A stretch of 20,000 nucleotides of DNA from an uncultured virus (IMG/VR IMGVR_UViG_2912869438_000005) (IMGVR_UViG_2912869438_000005:107461-127460); one strand, 5' to 3'. Counted from the stretch's first letter, positions 8,032 to 16,634 are shown. Program-made: numbers and translations. The notes: a model not told the origin generated them from the letters alone.

Positions 8032-8255
8032 ATGTGAGTTATCAGATACATTGTGCGCAAGGGAGCAAGGTAAGGTGCCTATACATAGATGTGTTTAGAT
8101 TTCGCATCCTTACAGTTTATAGTGACACGGAGTGGTACACAAAAGGAAAAACAAGAAAAGTTCCAGTGTGGATCAGCGATAATGGACTCTTCTTTTACAG
8201 GTTAGCTATCCGGATAGGGATTCCAAAAACAAAAAGGAGGTGTTTTGATGATTAA
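8019..8255 (+). CDS. hypothetical basic protein, ~75 aa
   Basis: ORF overlapping the nrdE stop and the next start; start uncertain (8019 or GTG 8034), RBS weak. Confidence 0.5.
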   Translation: MCGLNVSYQIHCAQGSKVRCLYIDVFRFRILTVYSDTEWYTKGKTRKVPVWISDNGLFFYRLAIRIGIPKTKRRCFDD

Positions 8256-8496
8256 TTTTACAAGCAAAGTTTTAGAAATTGCTACGCATTTTTCAGTGTT
8301 TTTAATTGTATTTTTAGGTTGTTTAACTACCGTAATCATTCTCTTATGTCCAATTTGGCTACTGTTAAACAACATATTATACAAACGGACAAAAGCGTCT
8401 ATTTATTTTGTATCTTACATTAAAAACAGACATGCGTTTATGGAGTGGAAGAAAGAGAAAAAGACCAAGGTCTATAAGCCATCAATTAAAAAATAA
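8245..8496 (+). CDS. small membrane protein, 83 aa
   Basis: AAGGAGGTG RBS; hydrophobic stretch FSVFLIVFLGCLTTVIILLCPIWLLL; basic tail. Confidence 0.78.
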   Translation: MMINFTSKVLEIATHFSVFLIVFLGCLTTVIILLCPIWLLLNNILYKRTKASIYFVSYIKNRHAFMEWKKEKKTKVYKPSIKK

Positions 8497-8508
8497 AGAG
8501 GTGCAGAT

Positions 8509-8682
8509 GTGCGGAAGGTTAAAATCGAGGGCTACGTGATTTACAACGAGGACGAATTAATTCAAGGAACGTGTGTGACGCATGAAATCGATCATTGGTT
8601 ATTCAACGAAGATATTCCTCGCGAATGGTCTTTCAGTGCTGTATCAGACGAGGAAGTAGATTATGACGAGGAGGACGAATAA
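8509..8682 (+). CDS. acidic hypothetical protein, 57 aa (MRKVKIEGYVIYNEDELIQG...DYDEEDE)
   Basis: Manual translation; AGAGGTG RBS, GTG start; its TAA abuts the nrdF TTG. Confidence 0.72.
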   Translation: MRKVKIEGYVIYNEDELIQGTCVTHEIDHWLFNEDIPREWSFSAVSDEEVDYDEEDE

Positions 8683-9654
8683 TTGACGCAATATACAGCG
8701 GCCAACTGGTCGCAGCACGAAGACGGATTCACACAAATGTTTTATGAACAGAACGTTAAGCAGTTTTGGCTCCCTGAAGAGATCGCACTTAACGGAGATT
8801 TGCTTACATGGGAATACTTAGGGAAAGATGAACAAGATACATATATGAAAGTGTTGGCCGGATTAACCTTACTAGACACAGAACAAGGGAATACTGGTAT
8901 GCCTACAATCGCTGAGCATGTGAAAGGGCATCAGCGCAAAGCCGTCCTGAATTTCATGGCGATGATGGAGAACGCAGTCCACGCTAAGTCATACAGCAAT
9001 ATCTTTCTCACTTTAGCTCAGATGGAAACAATTAATGAAGTCTTTGAATGGGTTAAAAACAATAAGTATCTGCAGAAGAAAGCAAATATTATTGTTTCTG
9101 TATACAAACAAATTAAAAGTGATAATGAATTGTTGTTGTATAAAGGAATGGTTGCATCTGTATTGCTTGAAAGCTTCCTGTTTTATTCAGGATTTTATTA
9201 TCCATTGTATTTTTATGGTCAGGGGAAGTTAATGAACAGCGGAGAAATCATTAATTTGATAATTCGTGACGAGGCACTTCACGGTGTATACACAGGATTG
9301 TTGGCTCAGGAAATCTATAATAAACAAACTGAAATCAAGAAAAAAGAATTGTATGAATGGGTTATTAACTTGCTGCTCGATCTATATGAAAATGAGCTTG
9401 AGTATACCGAAGATGTATATGATCAAGTTGGGCTAACTCATGATGTAAAAAAGTTTATACGATATAACGCAAATAAAGCCTTAAATAATTTGGGCTTCGA
9501 CCATTATTTTTATGAAGAAGAAATTAACCCAGTTGTGTTGAACGGATTGAGTACAAAAACTAAATCTATGGACTTCTTTAGTCAAAAGGGGAATTCTTAC
9601 AGGAAGGCTACTGCTGAAGCCTTAAAAGATGAGGATTTTTACTTTGGGGATTGA
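8683..9654 (+). CDS. nrdF: ribonucleotide reductase class Ib beta subunit, uninterrupted
   Basis: [40 protein letters not shown] metal ligands and radical Tyr. Confidence 0.97.
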   Translation: MTQYTAANWSQHEDGFTQMFYEQNVKQFWLPEEIALNGDLLTWEYLGKDEQDTYMKVLAGLTLLDTEQGNTGMPTIAEHVKGHQRKAVLNFMAMMENAVHAKSYSNIFLTLAQMETINEVFEWVKNNKYLQKKANIIVSVYKQIKSDNELLLYKGMVASVLLESFLFYSGFYYPLYFYGQGKLMNSGEIINLIIRDEALHGVYTGLLAQEIYNKQTEIKKKELYEWVINLLLDLYENELEYTEDVYDQVGLTHDVKKFIRYNANKALNNLGFDHYFYEEEINPVVLNGLSTKTKSMDFFSQKGNSYRKATAEALKDEDFYFGD

Positions 9655-10363
9655 AAAAGAACTAGTCGGAAGTGTGTTCTCAAATAACCATGGTCAGAAA
9701 TATAAGGTTCTACGGGTAAATGGGCAAAAGAAAAACGGAACAAAATTGTTTAGAATACGATTCATAAAAACCGGATATGAACGAGATGTAGAAAAAGTTG
9801 AAATAATTCGTGGAAAAATAAAAGACCGATATGAACGATCTGTGTTTGGAGTTGGATATCTTGGTGACGCAAAGATGTCAGATGTGAAAAATGTATACTC
9901 CGTTTGGAAGGGGATGCTAGAACGTTGTTACGATCGTAGTTGCTCACAGTATTCTAACTATGGCGGTTCAGGGATTAGAGTTTGTGAGAGATGGTATTGT
10001 TTCAAGAATTTTCTCGAAGATGTTTCAAAGATAGAAGGATATGATGAGGATCTTTTCAATAACCGAAAGCTCTTTCTCGACAAAGACATAAAACAGCAAA
10101 GAACACCGAAAAGCCAAAAGATTTATTCCCTGGAAACTTGTTGCTTTGTCACTAGGGAAGTCAATAATGCTTATCGAGATTTACCGAATACTCGTGTCCA
10201 CTTTATAGCTAAATCCCCTGATGGTGAAATTATACGAGCAGAAGGACTTCGTCCTTTCTCTGAAAAATACGGACTGCATCGCCCAATAATAAAGAAATGT
10301 TTACGAGGGGAACGCTCGAACTATAACGGATGGACTTTTAAACTGATTAAGGAATCGAATTGA
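9629..10363 (+). CDS. free-standing HNH-type homing endonuclease with C-terminal NUMOD-like DNA-binding motif
   Basis: [41 protein letters not shown]-terminal [18 protein letters not shown]; overlaps the nrdF 3' end (alternative start TTG 9644 after GAGGA). Confidence 0.78.
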   Translation: MRIFTLGIEKELVGSVFSNNHGQKYKVLRVNGQKKNGTKLFRIRFIKTGYERDVEKVEIIRGKIKDRYERSVFGVGYLGDAKMSDVKNVYSVWKGMLERCYDRSCSQYSNYGGSGIRVCERWYCFKNFLEDVSKIEGYDEDLFNNRKLFLDKDIKQQRTPKSQKIYSLETCCFVTREVNNAYRDLPNTRVHFIAKSPDGEIIRAEGLRPFSEKYGLHRPIIKKCLRGERSNYNGWTFKLIKESN

Positions 10364-10400
10364 AAAAACAAAAGCGCTTAAAGCAAAAGGAGGTATCACT

Positions 10401-10655
10401 ATGATGAAATTAATCAAATTAGAACAGCCTTCATGCACCCCTTGTCAATTAGTCTCTAATTATCTAAAAGAAAAAGGGATTGAATTTGAGGCGATTGATG
10501 TTACTGTACGGCCAGAAGTAGCAGCAGAGTATGGAGTGATGGGAGTTCCCGTCACTATCCTACTCGATGGAGAAGGTAAAGAAGTAAAACGCAGCAGCGG
10601 TTTTAAGCCAAATGAATTAGATGAATTAATTTTTAAAATCGAAAACTATAAATAA
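10401..10655 (+). CDS. yosR: NrdH/thioredoxin-like redoxin
   Basis: CTPC active site, GVMGVP cis-Pro, GFKP; AAGGAGG RBS. Confidence 0.9.
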   Translation: MMKLIKLEQPSCTPCQLVSNYLKEKGIEFEAIDVTVRPEVAAEYGVMGVPVTILLDGEGKEVKRSSGFKPNELDELIFKIENYK

Positions 10656-10692
10656 TGGGGTTTTTTTAATGAGAATTAAAAGGGGAGATTGA

Positions 10693-11079
10693 ATGTATTT
10701 CATTGAAAAACAAGAAGAATTAATCGGAAAAGAAATTGCTTATGTCTGGGCAAATCAGTTTTGTGAACAAACAACTATCATTACAAAAGATAAAGGTGTA
10801 TTTATGGTTTGCCAAGAAGTTGGCTGGGACGATGGAGATAAAGAGACAAGAGTATTTTATGCACATGAAGCCAAGGAAATATTATATCCTCTTAGAAGAG
10901 AATTGCATACAAAAGGAATCATTGACGAATCTGAGTGGGGAGAATATGAAAAAGAATTGAAAAAGAAACAGGAAGCTGAAAGGGAAAGATTCCGTAAAAA
11001 ACAAGAAGAAAGAGAACGTAAACAGTATGAGGAGTTGAAAGCAAAGTTTGAAAATCAGGCAGAGCCAATTAAGGATTAG
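10693..11079 (+). CDS. hypothetical protein with charged coiled-coil tail, 128 aa
   Basis: ORF track; AGGGGAG RBS. Confidence 0.8.
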   Translation: MYFIEKQEELIGKEIAYVWANQFCEQTTIITKDKGVFMVCQEVGWDDGDKETRVFYAHEAKEILYPLRRELHTKGIIDESEWGEYEKELKKKQEAERERFRKKQEERERKQYEELKAKFENQAEPIKD

Positions 11080-11091
11080 GGGGAATAAATA

Positions 11092-11478
11092 ATATCTAAG
11101 TGGAAAGTTGATTTTTTTATTGAAGAATTAACCGATCTTGATTTTTTTTATCCAACTACTGTAAGCTCGCACACTAACTTAGATTTGGATATTGTATTTG
11201 AAAGACTTATGGAATTAACGCTTGATTGCAAACTAACATTGAAGTTTGAATGGAGGACAGAGGAAGGCACTAAGATTCTTGATTTGGATAGAATCAATAA
11301 TTTATTTAAATTAAAGAGGCATGATCAAATACCTCTACATGAATTATATCCTGTGTTCCAAATTTCCGAAGAATATAAAAGACACTTAAATAAAAGGAGC
11401 TTGAAAAATGACACTACAAATCAAAATCAAATATGCAGACGAAAAACAAACGCGCATTTCAAAAATCGAACAGGGTGA
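11092..11478 (+). CDS. hypothetical protein (start uncertain; possible ATA start at 11092)
   Basis: Frame is open from 11089 through the tracked TTG 11185; AGGGGGA RBS lies 7 nt before ATA 11092; 3' end overlaps dut by about 70 nt. Confidence 0.5.
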   Translation: MSKWKVDFFIEELTDLDFFYPTTVSSHTNLDLDIVFERLMELTLDCKLTLKFEWRTEEGTKILDLDRINNLFKLKRHDQIPLHELYPVFQISEEYKRHLNKRSLKNDTTNQNQICRRKTNAHFKNRTG

Positions 11479-11842
11479 TTGGATTGATCTGAGGGCTGCG
11501 GAAGATGTATCTATTCCAAAGAATGAGTTTCAATTGATTCCTCTCGGAGTAGCGATGGAATTGCCTGAAGGGTATGAAGCCCATGTCGTTCCTCGTTCAA
11601 GTACATATAAAAATTTCGGTATCATTCAGACAAATTCAATGGGTGTGATTGATGAGTCATACAAAGGGGACGATGATTTCTGGTTCTTCCCAGCTTATGC
11701 GCTACGAGATACTGAAATTAAAAAAGGAGATCGGATTTGTCAATTCAGAATTATGAAGAAGATGCCTGCAATTGAATTGGTCGAGGTAGATCATTTAGGT
11801 AACGAAAATCGCGGAGGGCACGGTTCAACGGGCACTAAGTAA
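11408..11842 (+). CDS. yosS: trimeric dUTPase
   Basis: [34 protein letters not shown] motifs. Confidence 0.96.
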   Translation: MTLQIKIKYADEKQTRISKIEQGDWIDLRAAEDVSIPKNEFQLIPLGVAMELPEGYEAHVVPRSSTYKNFGIIQTNSMGVIDESYKGDDDFWFFPAYALRDTEIKKGDRICQFRIMKKMPAIELVEVDHLGNENRGGHGSTGTK

Positions 11843-11937
11843 TTTATTAATTCCTAGATAATGAGGATCTCTTTATCCTGAAACTTTGATAAAGCATTAA
11901 CGTATTACATTATAGTGGAAATAAGGAGGTTGCTTAT

Positions 11938-12120
11938 ATGGGATTAAATTTCTTTAATATAGAGCTAATATGCTCTAACTGCGGAAAAACATTAAAATCA
12001 GGCGATGAGATAGTAGCTCATATTACACTTCCAAGTGAGAAGAAGATGCCTGTGGGGAGAATGGACAGAGTGTTAAGCAAACACTCTGATAAGGTTTACT
12101 GTAAAAAGTGTAGCGAGTAG
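11938..12120 (+). CDS. small Zn-ribbon protein, 60 aa
   Basis: CSNC...CKKC; AAGGAGG RBS. Confidence 0.8.
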   Translation: MGLNFFNIELICSNCGKTLKSGDEIVAHITLPSEKKMPVGRMDRVLSKHSDKVYCKKCSE

Positions 12121-12123
12121 ATT

Positions 12124-12155
12124 TTCTGAGGAAGCCCATTAAAGCTTCCTCAGAA
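12124..12155. terminator. 12-bp perfect hairpin between convergent genes
   Basis: TTCTGAGGAAGC-CCATTAAA-GCTTCCTCAGAA. Confidence 0.7.
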
Positions 12156-12165
12156 CTAATATTAA

Positions 12166-12330
12166 TCAATTTAAATTAGAGAAAAGCGAAATAGTAATGA
12201 CTAAAGTTGATAAAGAGCCTAAAGACATCAAAGAGATCATTTTTCGTTTACTTTGCTCTTTTGAAGGTTTACTTAGCTCGTGGATGACTGCACCCCATAA
12301 AAGCATGGATGCCAAAATGATAATACTCAT
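12166..12330 (-). CDS. small two-TM membrane protein, 54 aa (MSIIILASMLLWGAVIHELSKPSKEQSKRKMISLMSLGSLSTLVITISLFSNLN)
   Basis: Manual translation; AAAGGAG RBS on minus strand; ends at the hairpin. Confidence 0.7.
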   Translation of the reverse strand: MSIIILASMLLWGAVIHELSKPSKEQSKRKMISLMSLGSLSTLVITISLFSNLN

Positions 12331-12449
12331 GTCTAACGGAGCTCCTTTACTTATTTTTTATAATTTTACCACATATAGGACAGAGATGCCGATCTAATAA
12401 ACATCGCTATAAAAGAAGACTTTTATCGTAATTGTTAAGGAGGTGCAAA

Positions 12450-12737
12450 ATGAAGAAGATAGATGAAATAAAGCAACACTTAGAAAAAATTAATAAGCTA
12501 GAACAAACATTGGCTGTTTTTGAGGAGTCAGACGAATTACACCTTGACGTGCTTCATAAAATCCAGGGGGAATTTGATGAGATCAGTGATTTAGCTTTGA
12601 ACGCTTTTCGAGAATTAACTGAAAAAATACGCAATGTAGGAAGCAAAACAATCAACAATAAAATTAAAGCTTTACCCAATACAGTACAGAAAAGTGTCAA
12701 GGAGAATATGGATGAACTAATAAATGAATTAAAATGA
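12450..12737 (+). CDS. helical/coiled-coil hypothetical protein, 95 aa
   Basis: AAGGAGGTG RBS favours ATG 12450. Confidence 0.8.
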   Translation: MKKIDEIKQHLEKINKLEQTLAVFEESDELHLDVLHKIQGEFDEISDLALNAFRELTEKIRNVGSKTINNKIKALPNTVQKSVKENMDELINELK

Positions 12738-12738
12738 G

Positions 12739-13590
12739 GTGAGTAATATAGTTAACACTGCGGATACAGTTTTAAAATCAAATTTATATAAAATACTGTC
12801 CGAAGGCAAATCGGATAAAGGGCAAAAGATTCGACCTAAGTGGTCTGATGATACGCCAGCTTATACATTAAAATGCTTTGGAGTGTTGAATGAATATGAT
12901 TTACAGAAAGAATTCCCTATTGCTACTCTAAGGCCAACGGCTTTTAAATCAGGGTTAAAAGAAATTCTCTGGATATACCAAGATAAATCAAACGATGTTC
13001 AGTTGCTTGAAGAAAAATATGGAGTTAAATATTGGCGTAGCTGGGCTAATGAAGATGGCAATTTAGGGTTAGCTTATGGGAGACAGATGCAGTATGAGCA
13101 CAAATACAAAGAAGGATACTTTAACCAGATTGACAGGTTGATTTGGGATCTGAAAAACAACCCATACAGCAGACGAATCATTACAAATTTGTATAATCAT
13201 CAAGATCTTCATGGAATGACGTTATATCCATGCGCTTTCTTGACAATGTGGGATTATGACGGAGAATTTTTAAACATGACCCTTGTCCAACGCTCGTCAG
13301 ATTATCTTGTAGCAGGGAACATCAATGTAACTCAATATGCGTTATTACAGCATATGATTGCACAAGTTTGTGGTTATAAGCCAGGGAAATTTCATCATTA
13401 TATTAACAACTTACATATCTATGACCGACATATCGAACAAGCCAAAGAAATTATTAACCGCGAATCCTTGGCAGCACCAAAGTTAGTAATGGATAATTCA
13501 ATAAAGAATTTTTATGACTATAAACCTGAACACTTCACTCTAGAAGGATATAAGCCGCATACACAAATCAAACTTGAGGTAGCCTTATAA
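12739..13590 (+). CDS. thyA: thymidylate synthase (ThyA family)
   Basis: KEILW, SRRII, LYPC catalytic Cys, QRSSD, NVTQY, HIYDRH; start codon uncertain. Confidence 0.95.
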   Translation: MSNIVNTADTVLKSNLYKILSEGKSDKGQKIRPKWSDDTPAYTLKCFGVLNEYDLQKEFPIATLRPTAFKSGLKEILWIYQDKSNDVQLLEEKYGVKYWRSWANEDGNLGLAYGRQMQYEHKYKEGYFNQIDRLIWDLKNNPYSRRIITNLYNHQDLHGMTLYPCAFLTMWDYDGEFLNMTLVQRSSDYLVAGNINVTQYALLQHMIAQVCGYKPGKFHHYINNLHIYDRHIEQAKEIINRESLAAPKLVMDNSIKNFYDYKPEHFTLEGYKPHTQIKLEVAL

Positions 13591-13606
13591 AGAATGTAGA
13601 AAACAA

Positions 13607-13635
13607 TAGACAAACACAAATTAAAAGTATATAAT
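13607..13635 (+). promoter_or_regulatory. sigma-A promoter TAGACA-17-TATAAT
   Basis: -35 at 13607-13612, -10 at 13630-13635, 17-bp spacer. Confidence 0.78.
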
Positions 13636-13725
13636 CAGGGTGAGGTCGTTACTCACCCTTTTTCTGTGGGATACCTGGCAAAGGGGATGATTCATTTAGA
13701 AAAAATAAAACACAAATTAAAAGTA
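13612..13725 (+). repeat. 18-bp direct repeat AAACACAAATTAAAAGTA (13612-13629, 13708-13725), SPBRE-like operator pair
   Basis: Exact duplicate; copy 1 fills the promoter spacer and copy 2 precedes the RBS of 13744. Confidence 0.75.
13637..13663 (+). terminator. intrinsic terminator after thyA
   Basis: AGGGTGAG-GTCGTTA-CTCACCCT followed by TTTT. Confidence 0.75.
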
Positions 13726-13743
13726 ATTTGAGGAGGTGAGGAA

Positions 13744-14106
13744 TTGAGTTCAGAAGCAAGTGACGCGCATAAGATTGATCTGGCAGCAAAAAAAGTTGAA
13801 TTAGAAAAGGAAAGTGAAATACTTCAAGGGAAAATACTCGAAAAGGAACGTGACATACTACGACTCGAGACTGAACAGGATAAAGAGCAGCTTGATCTAT
13901 TGCTTGAAATGAGTAAAGTTCTTCAGCAAATTGAAAATAAGAACTGGGTTAGTGCAACAATAGCTTTTAAGATTATTAGAAGTAATCCAGGCAAATATTT
14001 TGATCTATTTAAAATGAAAGACGGTAAAGCGTACATAGTAAATAAAAGATTCAAAGAATTAGATCATGAGTTTTTCATATTAAAGGGTGAATTAAATGAG
14101 ATATAA
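13744..14106 (+). CDS. hypothetical protein with N-terminal coiled coil, 120 aa
   Basis: GGAGGTG RBS, TTG start. Confidence 0.8.
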   Translation: MSSEASDAHKIDLAAKKVELEKESEILQGKILEKERDILRLETEQDKEQLDLLLEMSKVLQQIENKNWVSATIAFKIIRSNPGKYFDLFKMKDGKAYIVNKRFKELDHEFFILKGELNEI

Positions 14107-14326
14107 AGTACATATCAAGGATTTTTGTGCATTGGTCAGTGAAGGTCAGTTAGAAACTGAACAGATTTACTTGTGTCACGAGGGGCATTTGTTCGAGAAA
14201 CCAGGTTATAAACAAGTTAAACAAATCAATGGATTTGAAAAAGAGATTGCAGTATGCCCTATTTGTGGATGCGGCAAATCGTTTTACAGTGAATTTCAAG
14301 TTAAACAAAACAACGGAAGTAGCTAA
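14096..14326 (+). CDS. small Zn-ribbon protein, 76 aa
   Basis: CHEGH...CPICG; overlaps the upstream stop. Confidence 0.72.
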   Translation: MRYKVHIKDFCALVSEGQLETEQIYLCHEGHLFEKPGYKQVKQINGFEKEIAVCPICGCGKSFYSEFQVKQNNGSS

Positions 14327-14340
14327 ATGGAGGCGGTAAA

Positions 14341-14643
14341 ATGAGCGAGCGTTATTTTAATTTCAGTCTAGCGGATACGAATAAACAACTACGAGAGGTC
14401 AACGAATTAGCAGCGAAAAAGGTTGCTGAGTTTCAAGATTTTAGTTCTAAAGTTGAAAGGGTAGTCGAATATAACGAAATTTTGCTCTGCACTATTGCTG
14501 GATTGATTGCAGAAAACGAGCGATTGAAGAAGGCATTAAAATTAATTGAATCGAAGTCAGAGCTTCCCGAAAAGCCAGTCGATTTAGTTCCGATTACTGA
14601 TCTGTTCGAAATAAATTTACACGCGAAGGAGGCGCTAAAATGA
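14341..14643 (+). CDS. hypothetical coiled-coil phage protein, 100 aa
   Basis: GGAGG RBS; ATGA overlap with the next gene. Confidence 0.8.
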   Translation: MSERYFNFSLADTNKQLREVNELAAKKVAEFQDFSSKVERVVEYNEILLCTIAGLIAENERLKKALKLIESKSELPEKPVDLVPITDLFEINLHAKEALK

Positions 14644-15704
14644 GCGAAATTAAAAAGTATGTGCGGATTTTGAAGGCGGGTAAACCTTCGTACTGGTATG
14701 TGAATCAGATTGATCGGATGTTTGAGTTCGAAAGAGAAGGAAAATTCACGTACAAAATACGAGAAGAAGACGGTAGTTTAGCAGTAATACGAAAAGAAGA
14801 CGCCGAACTTATCGTCACAGAAAAGCGTCCGGCCAAAGTTGGCGAGCGAATTCTGATTGTTAATGCTGAATTGGGTACGTATAACAACGGACAAATTCAC
14901 AAGGTTCATAAATGCGTAAGTGCGTCGAGCGATAATAACGAACACATTGTAACTGACGCAGGGTTTGTATTCTGGACTTCAGAATACGAAGTCATCGTAA
15001 ATAACGAAGTTAAAAACGAGGAGGATGACGAAGTGGAGATCGATTTGGACGCAATGGGATACGATGAACTAATCGAGCATGGAGAAGCGGTTATGAGGGC
15101 GATCAGACTGCGCTCTTATGGCGAAGGTTATAAGCAAGGAAAATTCGATGCGGTCATGGATGCAACACATTCTCCGGAAAAAGAAGAATTGCCATATGAA
15201 TTTTCCGACGAGGATATCGAATTAGCGATTAAGGAGGCTCGAAGATATCTCGCGCAAGAACGCCGGGATGAAATCGTCGAGCAGGCGAAGGCGGACGTAT
15301 CGGATTTAATCAACAGAGACATCGGACATGATCACGAATTCATCGTAAACACCGAAAAAAGAACCGTCGTGGTTTTGAGAAAGCTGAGAGGATGTACGAA
15401 CATAGTCCGCAGAGGAATCGCCAAGGCCGCACCGGACGATTGCTTCAACGTCCATATCGGAGAAGCCATCGCTCTTCATCGCGCACTTGGACTCGAAGTA
15501 CCTGACGAATATCTTAACGCGCCGCAGCCGACTGAGGTTCGTGTGGGCGACATTGTAATGCACACCGTAACTTCAGAAATTGCACCAGTAATTTCTGATG
15601 ATGATTGGCCGCCGCTAACAGGCGATTATGTCTATCACAAGGATGTTGAAGCCGCGCGTCGTTATGCCCTCATTATTGACGACAGTCGGACGGAGGCGAT
15701 TTAG
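14640..15704 (+). CDS. multi-domain hypothetical phage protein, 354 aa
   Basis: Long ORF, AAGGAGG RBS; C-terminal GIAKAAPDDCFNVHIGEAIALHRA block recalled from Firmicute phage proteins. Confidence 0.82.
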   Translation: MSEIKKYVRILKAGKPSYWYVNQIDRMFEFEREGKFTYKIREEDGSLAVIRKEDAELIVTEKRPAKVGERILIVNAELGTYNNGQIHKVHKCVSASSDNNEHIVTDAGFVFWTSEYEVIVNNEVKNEEDDEVEIDLDAMGYDELIEHGEAVMRAIRLRSYGEGYKQGKFDAVMDATHSPEKEELPYEFSDEDIELAIKEARRYLAQERRDEIVEQAKADVSDLINRDIGHDHEFIVNTEKRTVVVLRKLRGCTNIVRRGIAKAAPDDCFNVHIGEAIALHRALGLEVPDEYLNAPQPTEVRVGDIVMHTVTSEIAPVISDDDWPPLTGDYVYHKDVEAARRYALIIDDSRTEAI

Positions 15705-15784
15705 ATCGGTTTTTAGGCGCTGACATCTATCTGCTGACACAATTGATTCTGTATGAAATCTGTATTTTATTTAGATTAAGACAC

Positions 15785-15812
15785 AAAAAATGAAGAGGGT
15801 TAACCTCTTCAT
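15785..15812 (-). terminator. intrinsic terminator (minus strand)
   Basis: ATGAAGAGG-GTTAA-CCTCTTCAT with an A-run on its left (U-tail on the minus strand). Confidence 0.7.
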
Positions 15813-16006
15813 CAGGTAGTTTTCTTCTTAGGTTCCCAACTGCAGCCTAAAACTGAATTAATAGTCCCAGCTGTTAAGAATCCCAAAAAAACACCTAAGT
15901 AATGATTTATATTCACACTAAACCATACACCAAGAGAAATAGCTGTGATTAGAATTTCAGAAATATTTTTAATAAATGGATGTGAATTGAAAAAATTTTA
16001 AAACAT
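15812..16006 (-). pseudogene. small membrane protein gene with a nonsense codon at codon 3
   Basis: ATG TTT TAA, then 61 more sense codons in frame (NFFNSHPFIKNISEILITAISLGVWF...YLGVFLGFLTAG...WEPKKKTT) ending at the terminator. Confidence 0.55.
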
Positions 16007-16273
16007 GTATTGCTCTCTTTCTGCTTTAATTTCTTAAATAGTGATTTTTTAAACAAAGTATGTAAATAAAAAATTAGGAATCAAGCACAAGGCCAGAAAT
16101 TAAAGAAGAATACGATTATATTGACCAAACACTTATTTTTCTTTGTTTTGTGCTTATTTTGCCACAAGTTAATACACCTCTAGATGATATTTACATAGAA
16201 AATCATACCATTGAAAAATGTGATAGAAAAAGTGAGAGGGTTAAATGTAATGGCAGGGATTAGACAGGAGCAT

Positions 16274-16295
16274 AAAAAGAGGGGATTTACCCCTC
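16274..16295 (-). terminator. sspC terminator
   Basis: GAGGGG-ATTTA-CCCCTC with an A5 run (U5 on the minus strand) right after the sspC stop. Confidence 0.75.
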
Positions 16296-16296
16296 C

Positions 16297-16515
16297 TTAA
16301 TGAAATTGACCGCCCATGTTCTGTTGAGCTAAGCGAACTAAACGTTTGGTGATTTCTCCACCAACCGAACCGTTTGCACGAGAAGTGGTCTCAGCACCTA
16401 ATTGAACACCAAACTCAGAAGCTATTTCAAGTTTCATTTGTTCAATAGCTGAAGCTGCTTGAGGAATTAATAACTCGTTATTGTTGTTTGATCTTGATCT
16501 ACTTTGTTGAGCCAT
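16297..16515 (-). CDS. sspC: alpha/beta-type small acid-soluble spore protein, 72 aa
   Basis: [13 protein letters not shown]...[41 protein letters not shown] puts the start at 16515. Confidence 0.97.
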   Translation of the reverse strand: MAQQSRSRSNNNNELLIPQAASAIEQMKLEIASEFGVQLGAETTSRANGSVGGEITKRLVRLAQQNMGGQFH

Positions 16516-16561
16516 CTTATTCATCTCCTAAAGTTTAATGAAAACAAGCTTGTTTGAATCA

Positions 16562-16590
16562 TATTATGGAGAGATTATTTTAATTTATAC
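16562..16590 (-). promoter_or_regulatory. sigma-G promoter of sspC
   Basis: Minus strand GTATA-17 nt-CATAATA matches the sigma-G consensus. Confidence 0.8.
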
Positions 16591-16634
16591 ACGCCAAAGA
16601 AATAAATTTTTTCATTAAGAAAGGTGGGGGACAA

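Noticed and set aside
3790..10960. Short alternative-frame or antisense ORFs inside yosL, nrdI, nrdE, nrdF, the endonuclease and the 10693 gene
   Set aside because: They overlap conserved genes and lack RBSs or motifs.
11886..11916. Sigma-A promoter TTGATA...TATAGT before the Zn-ribbon gene
   Set aside because: The spacer is 19 bp, too weak to call.
12197..12397. + strand 66-aa ORF
   Set aside because: No RBS; the minus-strand 54-aa membrane ORF has an RBS and a terminator.
12739..13590. dCMP/dUMP hydroxymethylase (DNA base-modification system)
   Set aside because: It retains the dUMP-specifying Asn (NVTQY) and ordinary ThyA motifs, and no modification enzymes are nearby.
13612..13725. CRISPR-like array
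   Set aside because: Only two 18-bp copies 96 bp apart, non-palindromic, and no cas genes.
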